Source: Arcobacteraceae bacterium (GTDB lineage: Bacteria; Campylobacterota; Campylobacteria; Campylobacterales; Arcobacteraceae). Taken from it: a DNA stretch of 13,381 bases. The stretch is from assembly GCA_048268245.1 (NCBI GenBank), contig JBLWVX010000050.1, positions 1-13,381 on the forward strand, in the 5' to 3' direction. Positions within the stretch are counted from its first letter, which is position 1, and every line of letters starts with the position of its first letter. Below the pieces are notes generated by a model that was not told the origin of the DNA, did no database searches, and saw only the letters and a list, made by a program, of their open reading frames with translations. Below are positions 1 to 7,821 of the stretch, in pieces. Position numbers and translations under genes: made by a program.

Positions 1-125
1 TCTTCAACTCCATATTGAATAAGTGGTTTTGTAAGAACAGGCAGCATCTCTTTTGGTATAGCTTTTGTGGCTGGCAAAAATCTTGTACCATATCCTGCTG
101 CTGGGAATAAACATCTTTTTATCAT
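1..125 (-). CDS. galU: UTP--glucose-1-phosphate uridylyltransferase, 5' part (runs off the window edge)
   Basis: Not in the ORF track. Manual translation from ATG at 125 gives [41 protein letters not shown], the GalU N-terminal signature ([22 protein letters not shown]). SD-like AAGAGG lies at 135-140 within the end of the upstream gene. Confidence 0.95.
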   Translation of the reverse strand, partial: MIKRCLFPAAGYGTRFLPATKAIPKEMLPVLTKPLIQYGVE

Positions 126-129
126 ATTT

Positions 130-1509
130 CTATACCTCTTCTTTTATTTGATTAAATAGTCTCATAAGTGAGTCTTCATATAATTTTGCATTTTCTTGTG
201 ATTTTGCTTCAAATCTTGTTACAAGTTTTGGTGTAGTATTACTAGCTCTAACTAGTCCCCAACCATCTTCAAAGTTTACTCTAATACCATCAACTGTGAT
301 GATATCTTTTATCTTTGGCATAAAACTTGGTGGATTTTCAAGTGAACTTTTTAGTTTCTCAACTAAAGGAAACTTTGTATCCTCAGTTACTGTGATATTT
401 ATCTCATCTGTACTATATACCTTTGGCAAAGCTTCATACTCTTTATCAAAATCAAATCCATCAGCTATAAGCTCTAAAGCTCTAAATGTAGAATAAATAG
501 CATCATCATATCCAAAGTATCTGTCATTGAAGAAAAGATGTCCTGATACCTCTGCTGCAAAAGAAGCATTTAACTCTTTGATTTTTACTTTTAGGTTACT
601 ATGTCCTGTTTTATACATAACAGCTTTTCCGTAAGTATTGATAGTATCATACATAATTTGGCTACATTTCACTTCACCAATAACAGTAGGATTTTCTATA
701 AATTTAGAGAAAAAGATAGCTAAAATATCACCTTTGAAGTTATAATTTTTTGATAAAAGTGCTATTCTATCTGCATCTCCATCATACGCAAATCCAAAGT
801 CATACTCACCACTAGCTAATTTTTCTTTTATATCTTTTAGAGTTGACTCATCACTTGGATCTGGATGATGATTTGGGAAAGTTCCATCTGGCTCTTCAAA
901 TAAAATATCATATGAAATATCAAGCCTATCAAGAATATCTCTTAAAACTACACCAGCAACTCCATTTCCACAGTCAAAAATAAACTTTTTATCTTTTAAA
1001 TCAAGTTTTGAAAAATGTTCTACTATATAGTCTATATATTTATCTTTTGCATCTATACTTATAGTCTTTGTATTGTCTTCTATAGTTTGAGTATCTTCTA
1101 AGATTTCTCTTCCAAGTGAATAAATATCTTCACCAAAAAAAGGATATTTATCAAGTGTGATTTTAAAACCATTATATTCAGGTGGATTATGTGAGCCTGT
1201 AATCATCACAGAACCATCCACTTGTCTTTCTTCAAACTCTACATAGTTTGAAAAATAATTTGCAGGTGTAGGAACAAGTCCCATATCAAGTACTTCAAGT
1301 CCTGCTTTATTTATACCACTACTTAACCACTCTTTTAGTATAGGTGAATGAGTTCTAGCATCATACCCTACAGCCATATATTTAGCAGTTGATACCTTTT
1401 GTTTTAGTTTATTTGCTAGATGAAAACCTATTTTTTTTACTATATCTTCGTTTAGCTCCTGCTCAAAGATACCTCTTATGTCATATTCTCTGAAAATTGA
1501 TGAAGGCAT
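130..1509 (-). CDS. Phosphomannomutase/phosphoglucomutase (alpha-D-phosphohexomutase, AlgC-like)
   Basis: N-terminal IFREYDIRG, catalytic phosphoserine loop [11 protein letters not shown], metal-binding DGDADR, sugar-binding AEVSGH, C-terminal VRASNTTP. Confidence 0.95.
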   Translation of the reverse strand: MPSSIFREYDIRGIFEQELNEDIVKKIGFHLANKLKQKVSTAKYMAVGYDARTHSPILKEWLSSGINKAGLEVLDMGLVPTPANYFSNYVEFEERQVDGSVMITGSHNPPEYNGFKITLDKYPFFGEDIYSLGREILEDTQTIEDNTKTISIDAKDKYIDYIVEHFSKLDLKDKKFIFDCGNGVAGVVLRDILDRLDISYDILFEEPDGTFPNHHPDPSDESTLKDIKEKLASGEYDFGFAYDGDADRIALLSKNYNFKGDILAIFFSKFIENPTVIGEVKCSQIMYDTINTYGKAVMYKTGHSNLKVKIKELNASFAAEVSGHLFFNDRYFGYDDAIYSTFRALELIADGFDFDKEYEALPKVYSTDEINITVTEDTKFPLVEKLKSSLENPPSFMPKIKDIITVDGIRVNFEDGWGLVRASNTTPKLVTRFEAKSQENAKLYEDSLMRLFNQIKEEV

Positions 1510-1547
1510 ATTTTATTTCCCTATATATTTATGTATTTTTGGGATGT

Positions 1548-1555
1548 AGTATAGC
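1548..1555 (-). promoter_or_regulatory. Putative sigma70 -10 box (GCTATACT) for the pmm/pgm-galU unit
   Basis: The minus strand reads GC-TATACT about 38 nt upstream of the ATG. SD AGGGA is at 1518-1522. It lies downstream of the 1610-1637 hairpin. Confidence 0.5.
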
Positions 1556-1609
1556 TAAGTTTTTATAAAGTATGATTTAAGTTATTATTTTTGATTTAAT
1601 AAGAAGTTG

Positions 1610-1637
1610 TAGAAACCCAAAGTATATTGGGTTTCTA
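1610..1637 (-). terminator. Hairpin (terminator or mRNA-stabilising stem-loop) after the small Gly/Ala protein gene
   Basis: Perfect 11-bp inverted repeat TAGAAACCCAA-N6-TTGGGTTTCTA, 9 nt after the stop codon at 1647. The U-tract on the minus strand is weak. Confidence 0.7.
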
Positions 1638-1646
1638 TAGTTTTGA

Positions 1647-1970
1647 TTAGTGGTGACTTGGTGTTGAGTTGTTACCAGTAGAAAGGGCAGTAGCGGCAGC
1701 AGCAGCGGCAGCAGCAGTAACAGCACTAATTCCACCAATAGCAGCTCCACCAGCAGCGGCAGCTCCTGCTCCAGCAGCGGCAGCTCCACCAGCAGCTCCT
1801 GCTCCAGCTCCAGCACCTGCGGCACCCGCACCAGCACTAGCAGAACCAGCAGCACCCGCACCAGCTCCTCCTGCACCTGATCCAGCACCTGCACCAGTAG
1901 CTGGAGCTTGTGCCATTGCACTAGCTACAAATAAAGAAGAAGCGAAAACGATTGATAATAATTTTTTCAT
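1647..1970 (-). CDS. Small secreted Gly/Ala-rich protein with YjbE/GfcA-like architecture
   Basis: SD AAGGA at 1979-1983, 8 nt from the ATG. Sec signal peptide MKKLLSIVFASSLFVASAMA|Q with an AxA site. The mature 87 aa are 64 Gly/Ala, ending in a hydrophobic Ala-rich segment and a Ser/Thr tail. Codons mostly end in A/T like the host. The gene is adjacent to a YjbH/GfcD-family gene. Confidence 0.85.
   Translation of the reverse strand: MKKLLSIVFASSLFVASAMAQAPATGAGAGSGAGGAGAGAAGSASAGAGAAGAGAGAGAAGGAAAAGAGAAAAGGAAIGGISAVTAAAAAAAATALSTGNNSTPSHH
1692..1865. repeat. Mosaic of short coding direct repeats within the Gly/Ala gene
   Basis: (AGCGGCAGCAGC)x2 at 1692-1715. CCAGCAGCGGCAGCTCC at 1750-1766 and 1771-1787. 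GCAGCTCCACCAGCAGC at 1741-1757 and 1780-1796. GCACCCGCACCAGC at 1822-1835 and 1852-1865. All offsets are multiples of 3. Confidence 0.85.
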
Positions 1971-1999
1971 ACAAAATATCCTTTTTTAAGTTTTGCAAT

Positions 2000-2008
2000 A
2001 TTTTACCA
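2000..2008 (-). promoter_or_regulatory. Putative extended -10 promoter (TGGTAAAAT) for the small Gly/Ala gene
   Basis: TGnTAAAAT lies in the 66-nt gap between the YjbH stop and the small gene, about 30 nt upstream of the ATG, with T-tracts upstream as in Campylobacterota sigma70 promoters. Confidence 0.65.
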
Positions 2009-2036
2009 TAAAATCTTTAAATTTAAAAATTTTATT

Positions 2037-4184
2037 TTATTCTCTTAGATTATTTATATACTTTTTCATAATTTGTGTGTTATTTTCACTACTATTCATA
2101 GGATATAAACTATCAAGTGTTGAAGCACTTACACCAACATCTCTTGTCCATGGCGTTAGACCAAATCTAAGTCTATCTTTTACATTTTTATATGTAAACA
2201 CTTCAAGAGGCACTTTTATATATACACCTTTATCAATATAACCCTTGTTATCTTCGTTTTCAAATACCTTATTTGAGTTTGTATATGTAGCAAAAGCTCC
2301 AAATGTAAAGTCTTTATAATTTCTAGCTACTTCAAGTCTGATACCCTTATCACCTGCTAAAAACTGCCCTATTTTTGCACCCAGATGCAAATCATACTTT
2401 TGATTTACTAAATAATAAAGGTTCAAAAACTTTGCATCATATTTATATTCATCTTTGATTCCAAGTAGCTCACCCACTTCTCTTTTATATACATTTTGAT
2501 ATTGAAGTCCTACTCCAAATCTCTCATCAAACATAGGTTTATACCATTCTAAATCAACTCCTGCAAAAGCGAACTCCAAGTATCCAAGTTCAGCTTTGAA
2601 AAAAGAATCGTTAAAAGTATTTGCTTTATATACCATACTTAAGTGTGACATTTGAGTATCATTGTAAGTGAAATGTTCTGTTATATCACCTCTTAGTGAT
2701 AATTTTCCTTCTTCAAGAGGAGAAGAAGAAAGTTCTGTTCCACTATGATAAAAAGGATGTTCTATTGAACCATGTATTTCAAGATTATCTGTAAATACAT
2801 AAGAAGCATTTAGAGCCATAGACACTTTCATAGCAAAGGGTTTATCTTTGTGATTTAGCATTGTTCCAATTTTTGGAGCAAATTTATATCTAAATCTCTC
2901 AGTAGCAACTGTATCACTTATATATAAGTCTTTTCCTTTAGCAAACTTTTCATACATACCATCGGTATCATTTGAAATTAAAATAGCATCTCTCATATAT
3001 GAGTCACTTACTTTTTGATTTTCATACATATCAAATTCAGCTCTATTTACTTTGATAGTTTTCTTTTTTATCTCTTTATCTTTAATAGTCATATAAATAG
3101 TGTCATATTTCTTTGGTGCAACTTCATCTATAGCTGAGATGGCTCGTCCTGCTGCTTTTAGTTCGTTGTAGTATCTTGGGTTGTCTATCTCTGTCCAAAT
3201 ACTGTTTTCATTTACAGCTGTTTTTACATACTTGAACTTTTCTGCAGCTACTTCTTTTGAGAGTTTATCTGATAAATCTTTTTCATTTAGATTTTTATAC
3301 TCAGCTTTTTTCTTTTCATCTGCTTTCCATCTAGGATCTGGAAGATGATCAAACATACCTGTTCTATCAAAACCAAACTGATATGTATATCCAAATGATA
3401 TAGTATTTCCTCTTTGATAAGATAGATTTAAAATAGAATTATTACTATATTTGTATTTTAATCCATAATTGAACTTTGATTTTGGAAGTTCATAATCACC
3501 AATAGTATAAGGGTTTACTTTATCTTTAGCATAATCAATAGGTGCATATTCAGCCATAAAAGAAAAAGATGGACTTGCATTAAAAACTACTGAACCAAAT
3601 GGTTTACCACCACCCCAATCAGTGTTTTTTAAAAAGTTTACAGAGTTATTATCAAAACTTCCTGAGTTTGATGAATTTGCATCATATTTTTTAAGATCTT
3701 CACCTCCTAGTCTTCCTTTTGCATAACCTAAAGACAGATCAAAATATCCTATATTTTTAGAAACAACTAAATATTTTGAAGTATAAAGAGAAGTACCCCA
3801 AATATCATCAGCACCTATAGCAACTGATGGTGTATACTCGCCCTCTTCTTTTAAAAGAATTTTTACACTTAGAGATTTATCTTTATAGCTTCCATATCCT
3901 TCACTATCAGAAAATCCAGCAACTCCAGATACTTGAGTCATATGAAAGTTAGCTTCAACAAAAGGCAAAGGAGTTGCTGTAAGACCATAATATCTATAAG
4001 GTTTATCTTCATTTAGAAAAAGTCTCATAGACCAGTCTTTCATAATTCTAGCATTTGGTGTTTCAAAAACACCTGTGTTTCCACTGTATGTAGCTGTGAT
4101 ATTTTCAGGTGTTTTTGCTGCAAGTAAAAAACTTGCAGTAAGAGGAAGAATACTAAGAGTTTTTAAGTTCATCAATTTTTTCAC
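2037..4184 (-). CDS. YjbH/GfcD/WbfB-family outer-membrane beta-barrel protein (exopolysaccharide / group 4 capsule associated)
   Basis: Signal peptide, then GNTGVFETPNARIM, YKDKS, GYLEFAFAGV, GQFLAGDKG, DKGVYIKVPLE and PWTRDVG, which match YjbH-family motifs as I recall them. Length about 710 aa with many aromatic alternating beta-strands. The start could be GTG 4184 or ATG 4172; both overlap the wzz stop. Confidence 0.88.
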   Translation of the reverse strand: MKKLMNLKTLSILPLTASFLLAAKTPENITATYSGNTGVFETPNARIMKDWSMRLFLNEDKPYRYYGLTATPLPFVEANFHMTQVSGVAGFSDSEGYGSYKDKSLSVKILLKEEGEYTPSVAIGADDIWGTSLYTSKYLVVSKNIGYFDLSLGYAKGRLGGEDLKKYDANSSNSGSFDNNSVNFLKNTDWGGGKPFGSVVFNASPSFSFMAEYAPIDYAKDKVNPYTIGDYELPKSKFNYGLKYKYSNNSILNLSYQRGNTISFGYTYQFGFDRTGMFDHLPDPRWKADEKKKAEYKNLNEKDLSDKLSKEVAAEKFKYVKTAVNENSIWTEIDNPRYYNELKAAGRAISAIDEVAPKKYDTIYMTIKDKEIKKKTIKVNRAEFDMYENQKVSDSYMRDAILISNDTDGMYEKFAKGKDLYISDTVATERFRYKFAPKIGTMLNHKDKPFAMKVSMALNASYVFTDNLEIHGSIEHPFYHSGTELSSSPLEEGKLSLRGDITEHFTYNDTQMSHLSMVYKANTFNDSFFKAELGYLEFAFAGVDLEWYKPMFDERFGVGLQYQNVYKREVGELLGIKDEYKYDAKFLNLYYLVNQKYDLHLGAKIGQFLAGDKGIRLEVARNYKDFTFGAFATYTNSNKVFENEDNKGYIDKGVYIKVPLEVFTYKNVKDRLRFGLTPWTRDVGVSASTLDSLYPMNSSENNTQIMKKYINNLRE

Positions 4185-5079
4185 TTCTTATAAACTCATA
4201 AAAAAATACCAAAAATATTCCAAATATAAATGAAGTCACAAAAGAAACCACAAGTATTACAGCTCTTTTTGGTTTACTTTTTTCTTTTATATAAGAGACT
4301 CTACTATCCACTACTTTTGATACAAAGTAATAGTCATTTGCTTGAGAGAATACTTTCTTTTGATATAAACCTGACAAAGATTTACTTAATTGTTCTTTTA
4401 ATGATACATCATAAGTTGAGCTTAGCTCTTTGTTGTAGTACTTAATTTGTTCATCTATTTCTTTCATATCAGAAGTTTTTACTTTATCCACTATTTCTTT
4501 TAGATATATATCCACAAGCTCTTTTGCTAAATATCTATCTTGAAGTTCAGCACTTAAAGTAATAAGCCCTGTTTTTTTATCACTAGATATAGAAAGTACT
4601 CCTTTTAAAGCTTTTATTGTTAAGTAGATTTTCTCTTCTTTTGATCTAATATCTTGTGCATTTTCAACTTTTGAATTAAAAAGATTATAAATTGTATCAA
4701 GACCAAAAGCAAATACTAGATTTTCTTGATTTTCTAGTTTAGAAGTAAGTTTATACTTTTCTACCATCATTTTATTAAAACTATAATCTCCTAGTACTGT
4801 TTGCATCATCACAGCTGGATCATTTGAACTTCCTCCCCCAAGACTAACTCCAGCTAGTGAGGCTAAAGAAGAAAGATCTCCATGTGATTTTTGTTCACTT
4901 TGAGGAGATAAAACAACACTAGATTTATATGAGTTTGGAATACTTAAAACATATACAAAAGTAATAGCTATTATTACAAATACAAAAAGCAATATTTTGT
5001 ATTTGTACTTTAAAATTGTATTAAAAAGTTCTCTTAAATCTATCTCATCTTGTTTATTTATACTAAGCTTTTCACTCAT
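4153..5079 (-). CDS. wzz: Wzz/FepE/Etk N-terminal domain polysaccharide co-polymerase (chain-length regulator, OtnB-like)
   Basis: DEIDLRELF N-terminal motif plus TM1, a periplasmic coiled region, and a KSKPKR motif plus TM2. There is no kinase domain. The start was moved from GTG 5091 to ATG 5079 because SD AGGTGG (5088-5093) lies 8 nt upstream of it. Confidence 0.88.
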   Translation of the reverse strand: MSEKLSINKQDEIDLRELFNTILKYKYKILLFVFVIIAITFVYVLSIPNSYKSSVVLSPQSEQKSHGDLSSLASLAGVSLGGGSSNDPAVMMQTVLGDYSFNKMMVEKYKLTSKLENQENLVFAFGLDTIYNLFNSKVENAQDIRSKEEKIYLTIKALKGVLSISSDKKTGLITLSAELQDRYLAKELVDIYLKEIVDKVKTSDMKEIDEQIKYYNKELSSTYDVSLKEQLSKSLSGLYQKKVFSQANDYYFVSKVVDSRVSYIKEKSKPKRAVILVVSFVTSFIFGIFLVFFYEFIRSEKIDELKNS

Positions 5080-5080
5080 A

Positions 5081-7687
5081 TTATATACCACCTATAGTTT
5101 TAAGAGAAGCAGCTGTTATTGCAAACTGATAAAGTATAGTTGATACATCTTTTGCAAACTTCATATCAGAAAACATATCATACTGCATAGGTACTACGAT
5201 AGTGTCACCTTTGAATATCTCTTTATCATTACCCCAAAAATAGCTTGATTCATATTTTATAGTTTCACCATTTGCTTTTACTATATAAATATAATCTCCA
5301 TTTGCAAGTTCAGTTACACCACCAGCTTTTGCTAAGTAATCATCAGTATCAAGTTTATTGTTATATACAAATGTATTTTGATTTAAAACTTCACCTACAA
5401 CTGAAACCGTATCACTAATAGATGGTACATATAAAGTATCTTCATCTTTCAGTGCTATATCATAAGGTGAGTTTTTAAACCTGTTTAAATCATGATATAA
5501 GTTTAAAGATACTCGTCCTATAGGCTTATTTCTTTTTGCTTCATTTTCTAGTTGTTTTATAGCTTGAAGTTTTTTTGCTGCATCATCTTTATCTTCACCT
5601 AAATTCTCACTTGAAGTACTAGCTTTCAGTACTTGATTTCCAATTCTATCAAGTGTTTCTTGAAGTCTCTTTTCTTGAAGTTCTCTAACTTCTTCTCTAG
5701 TAAATACAGCACCTTCTACAAAGGCATTTGGCAAGAATCCGCCAGCTCTTAAAATCACACTTGATAGTTTCTCACCCTCTTCTATAGCGTATTTACCTGG
5801 ATACCTAACTAATCCTTTGATTTCTACATATTTTTTGTCATTCCAGTTTGCTATTGGGAAAATAGTAATTTCATCATCTGCAAAAACTTTTATTTTTAGA
5901 TTTAAGGCTTTATCCATATCTAAAGCTAAAACTTTTCTTTTTCTTTCATAATCTTCTGTATAGTATCTAACAACTTCAAATCTAGCTCTTAAAGCTTTTT
6001 TTGTAAGTCCACCTGATATATTTACTATATCATTTATCGTTGTATTTTCATTTATATCATAAGTTCCAGGGATAAATACTTCACCTTTGATAGTTGCTTT
6101 CATTCTATCGTTTACAGCTGTAAAATCAAAAAATCTTACTTCATCATATTTTTTAAGTTTGAAGTTTTTGTTTTCACTTAAGTTTACTAAAAATGTTGAT
6201 TTTTGATTGTTATCAAGTCTTGTGATTTGAACTTTTGTTTTATCTACCCTTACAGATTTTCGTACTTCATCTTCAAAAACTTCACTATTAAACTTCACAA
6301 GTCCGAAGAGATCTGATACACTCATGCCTTCATAAAATTCATATTTTCTTTTACTATTATCTACTACTTCACCTTTTGCATAGATATAAGGTTTCTCTTT
6401 CAAATCTGAGTTTTTAAAGATAGTGATTTCATCACCAGCTTTAATAGTATAATCTTCTTTTTTATCAAGCACATTTTGAAGATTGAAACTTTTGATTTTG
6501 TTGTCATTTTTTATAACTGCGAAGTTATAGTTTGTATCTTTTTTAAAGTATCCATTCTCTCCAAACTGCTTTAGTTCATTTTGAAGAAGTGTTGAAAGTT
6601 TCATATCTGATGGAAGTTCTTTCTCACTTGGTGCTACAATATTTCCTGAAATTTTTACTAAATTTGCACCAAGTGTACTAGTAGAATACACATGAATTTC
6701 ATCCCCATTTTTAGGTGTAAATTTATATAGTTTTTCTTTACTTAAAGTATAAACTTTAATAGTATCATTTTCATATCTTTTAAGACTAATTGCATTTTGG
6801 TTAGCCTTTGCTTTAAATCCTGCTGCAAAGTTAAGAAGTGTTCTAAAACTCTCACCTTTCTTAAGTTCAAATATTGCATTGTAGTTTACATCACCTGTAA
6901 GCTTAATCTCTTTACTAATAGGCTTAACTAAAATTATGTCACCATTTTTTAAAATAGTATCACTACTTGCATCACCATATCTTACAAGTGAATATAAATC
7001 AAATGACTTATAAACCTTCCCAGCTCTTTTAAGTAATATATTCCTATATGAACCATTTTCTAAAATACCACCACTTGAAATAAGTGCATCTTTTATAGTA
7101 GAAAAAGAAGAAAGATTATAAAGACCTGGTGCATTTACAAGTCCAGATATTGTAACTTGAATAGATGAAAACTCAGAAATATCAACTAAAATATTTGTAC
7201 TATTTGGATATGCTTTTTTAGTCTCTTCTTTGATAAGCTTTTTAGCTTCTTGAAAGTTTAAACCTATTACTTTAAGCTCTTTTACTTGAGGAATGTTTAT
7301 ATTACCATCTTTATTAACATCTAAAATAAAATCTTCATTTGTTCCACCATAAATCTTAAGTGAGATTTTATCCCCATGATTTAAACTATAGTTTGATGGA
7401 GTTGGAATACTATATGGGTTTAGTTTATTTTTGTTATTGAAAAATAAAGAAGCAAATCTTTCTAGTTTTTCATCTTTTTCAACTTCTTTTTTCACAACGA
7501 TTGGAACATTATTTTTAATTATCTGTTCTTTTAAAGCATCACTTTCTAAACTTTGTTTCTTTGATAACTCTTTTTTTATATCAGCTTCACTGTAGCCAGC
7601 AACCTTCGCTAATTCTAATTGAGTAGGTGTTAATGTAGCAGAGAATAACACACTACATACAAGTAGTAAACTATATATAATCCTCAT
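5081..7687 (-). CDS. Large polysaccharide export protein (OPX; Poly_export plus multiple SLBB domains; KpsD/OtnA-WbfF-like)
   Basis: Signal peptide. Poly_export motif YSLNHGDKISLKIYG...DGNINIPQV. Repeated SLBB units (GLVNAPGLY, GEVFIPGTY, GLVRYPGKY, VVGEVLNQ; AGG and GD motifs). C-terminal amphipathic helix. SD GAGGA at 7696-7700. Confidence 0.9.
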   Translation of the reverse strand: MRIIYSLLLVCSVLFSATLTPTQLELAKVAGYSEADIKKELSKKQSLESDALKEQIIKNNVPIVVKKEVEKDEKLERFASLFFNNKNKLNPYSIPTPSNYSLNHGDKISLKIYGGTNEDFILDVNKDGNINIPQVKELKVIGLNFQEAKKLIKEETKKAYPNSTNILVDISEFSSIQVTISGLVNAPGLYNLSSFSTIKDALISSGGILENGSYRNILLKRAGKVYKSFDLYSLVRYGDASSDTILKNGDIILVKPISKEIKLTGDVNYNAIFELKKGESFRTLLNFAAGFKAKANQNAISLKRYENDTIKVYTLSKEKLYKFTPKNGDEIHVYSTSTLGANLVKISGNIVAPSEKELPSDMKLSTLLQNELKQFGENGYFKKDTNYNFAVIKNDNKIKSFNLQNVLDKKEDYTIKAGDEITIFKNSDLKEKPYIYAKGEVVDNSKRKYEFYEGMSVSDLFGLVKFNSEVFEDEVRKSVRVDKTKVQITRLDNNQKSTFLVNLSENKNFKLKKYDEVRFFDFTAVNDRMKATIKGEVFIPGTYDINENTTINDIVNISGGLTKKALRARFEVVRYYTEDYERKRKVLALDMDKALNLKIKVFADDEITIFPIANWNDKKYVEIKGLVRYPGKYAIEEGEKLSSVILRAGGFLPNAFVEGAVFTREEVRELQEKRLQETLDRIGNQVLKASTSSENLGEDKDDAAKKLQAIKQLENEAKRNKPIGRVSLNLYHDLNRFKNSPYDIALKDEDTLYVPSISDTVSVVGEVLNQNTFVYNNKLDTDDYLAKAGGVTELANGDYIYIVKANGETIKYESSYFWGNDKEIFKGDTIVVPMQYDMFSDMKFAKDVSTILYQFAITAASLKTIGGI

Positions 7688-7715
7688 TTAAAGATTCCTC
7701 ATGATTTTTTTAGAT

Positions 7716-7724
7716 ATTATATCA
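7716..7724 (-). promoter_or_regulatory. Consensus extended -10 promoter (TGATATAAT) for the export operon
   Basis: Perfect TGnTATAAT 28 nt upstream of the ATG at 7687, with T-tracts upstream. It lies downstream of the 7795-7821 terminator. Confidence 0.75.
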
Positions 7725-7794
7725 TAAAATAATGAAGATTTAGATTAATGAAAAATTTGATTTTTGATTTAAAAAATAATATTCTTGTGTCATT

Positions 7795-7821
7795 AAAAGA
7801 TGCGAACAATTCGCATCTTTT
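7795..7821 (-). terminator. Rho-independent terminator after the prepilin-like gene
   Basis: Perfect 12-bp inverted repeat AAAAGATGCGAA-caa-TTCGCATCTTTT directly abutting the stop codon at 7822-7824, with T-runs on both strands. Confidence 0.85.

Noticed and set aside
1431..1438. Homopolymer tract as a phase-variation switch
   Set aside because: It is only an 8-nt A/T run, which is common at this base composition. No long poly-G/C tract is seen in the window and all frames are intact.
1647..1740. GlyGly-CTERM or PEP-CTERM sorting signal, or N-glycosylation sequon, at the C-terminus of the small protein
   Set aside because: The GG plus hydrophobic stretch is not followed by the required basic cluster, and the NNS/NST sequons lack Asp/Glu at -2.
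1690..1920. GC-rich repetitive patch as CRISPR array, mobile element or horizontally acquired island
   Set aside because: There is no repeat-spacer structure, terminal repeats or transposase. The GC content is explained by Gly/Ala codons with host-like A/T third positions.
1577..1921. 114-aa Leu/Val/Glu-rich ORF on the minus strand
   Set aside because: It is an alternative frame of the same repeat tract, has no SD, and runs through the terminator hairpin.
1669..1989. 106-aa Pro/Ala-rich ORF on the + strand
   Set aside because: It is the antisense shadow of the Gly/Ala codons (GGN/GCN read backwards give Pro/Ala). It has no SD or signal peptide, and the regulatory signals all favour the minus-strand gene.
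5080..5091. GTG start at 5091 for wzz, as given by the ORF track
   Set aside because: The GTG is part of the SD (AGGTGG) for the ATG at 5079, which follows the upstream stop by 1 nt.
7655..7687. Lipoprotein signal in the OPX protein (LLVC)
   Set aside because: It is not a canonical L-[AS]-[GA]-C lipobox, and the hydrophobic stretch continues past the Cys. An SPase I site near LFS|A is more plausible, though not proven.
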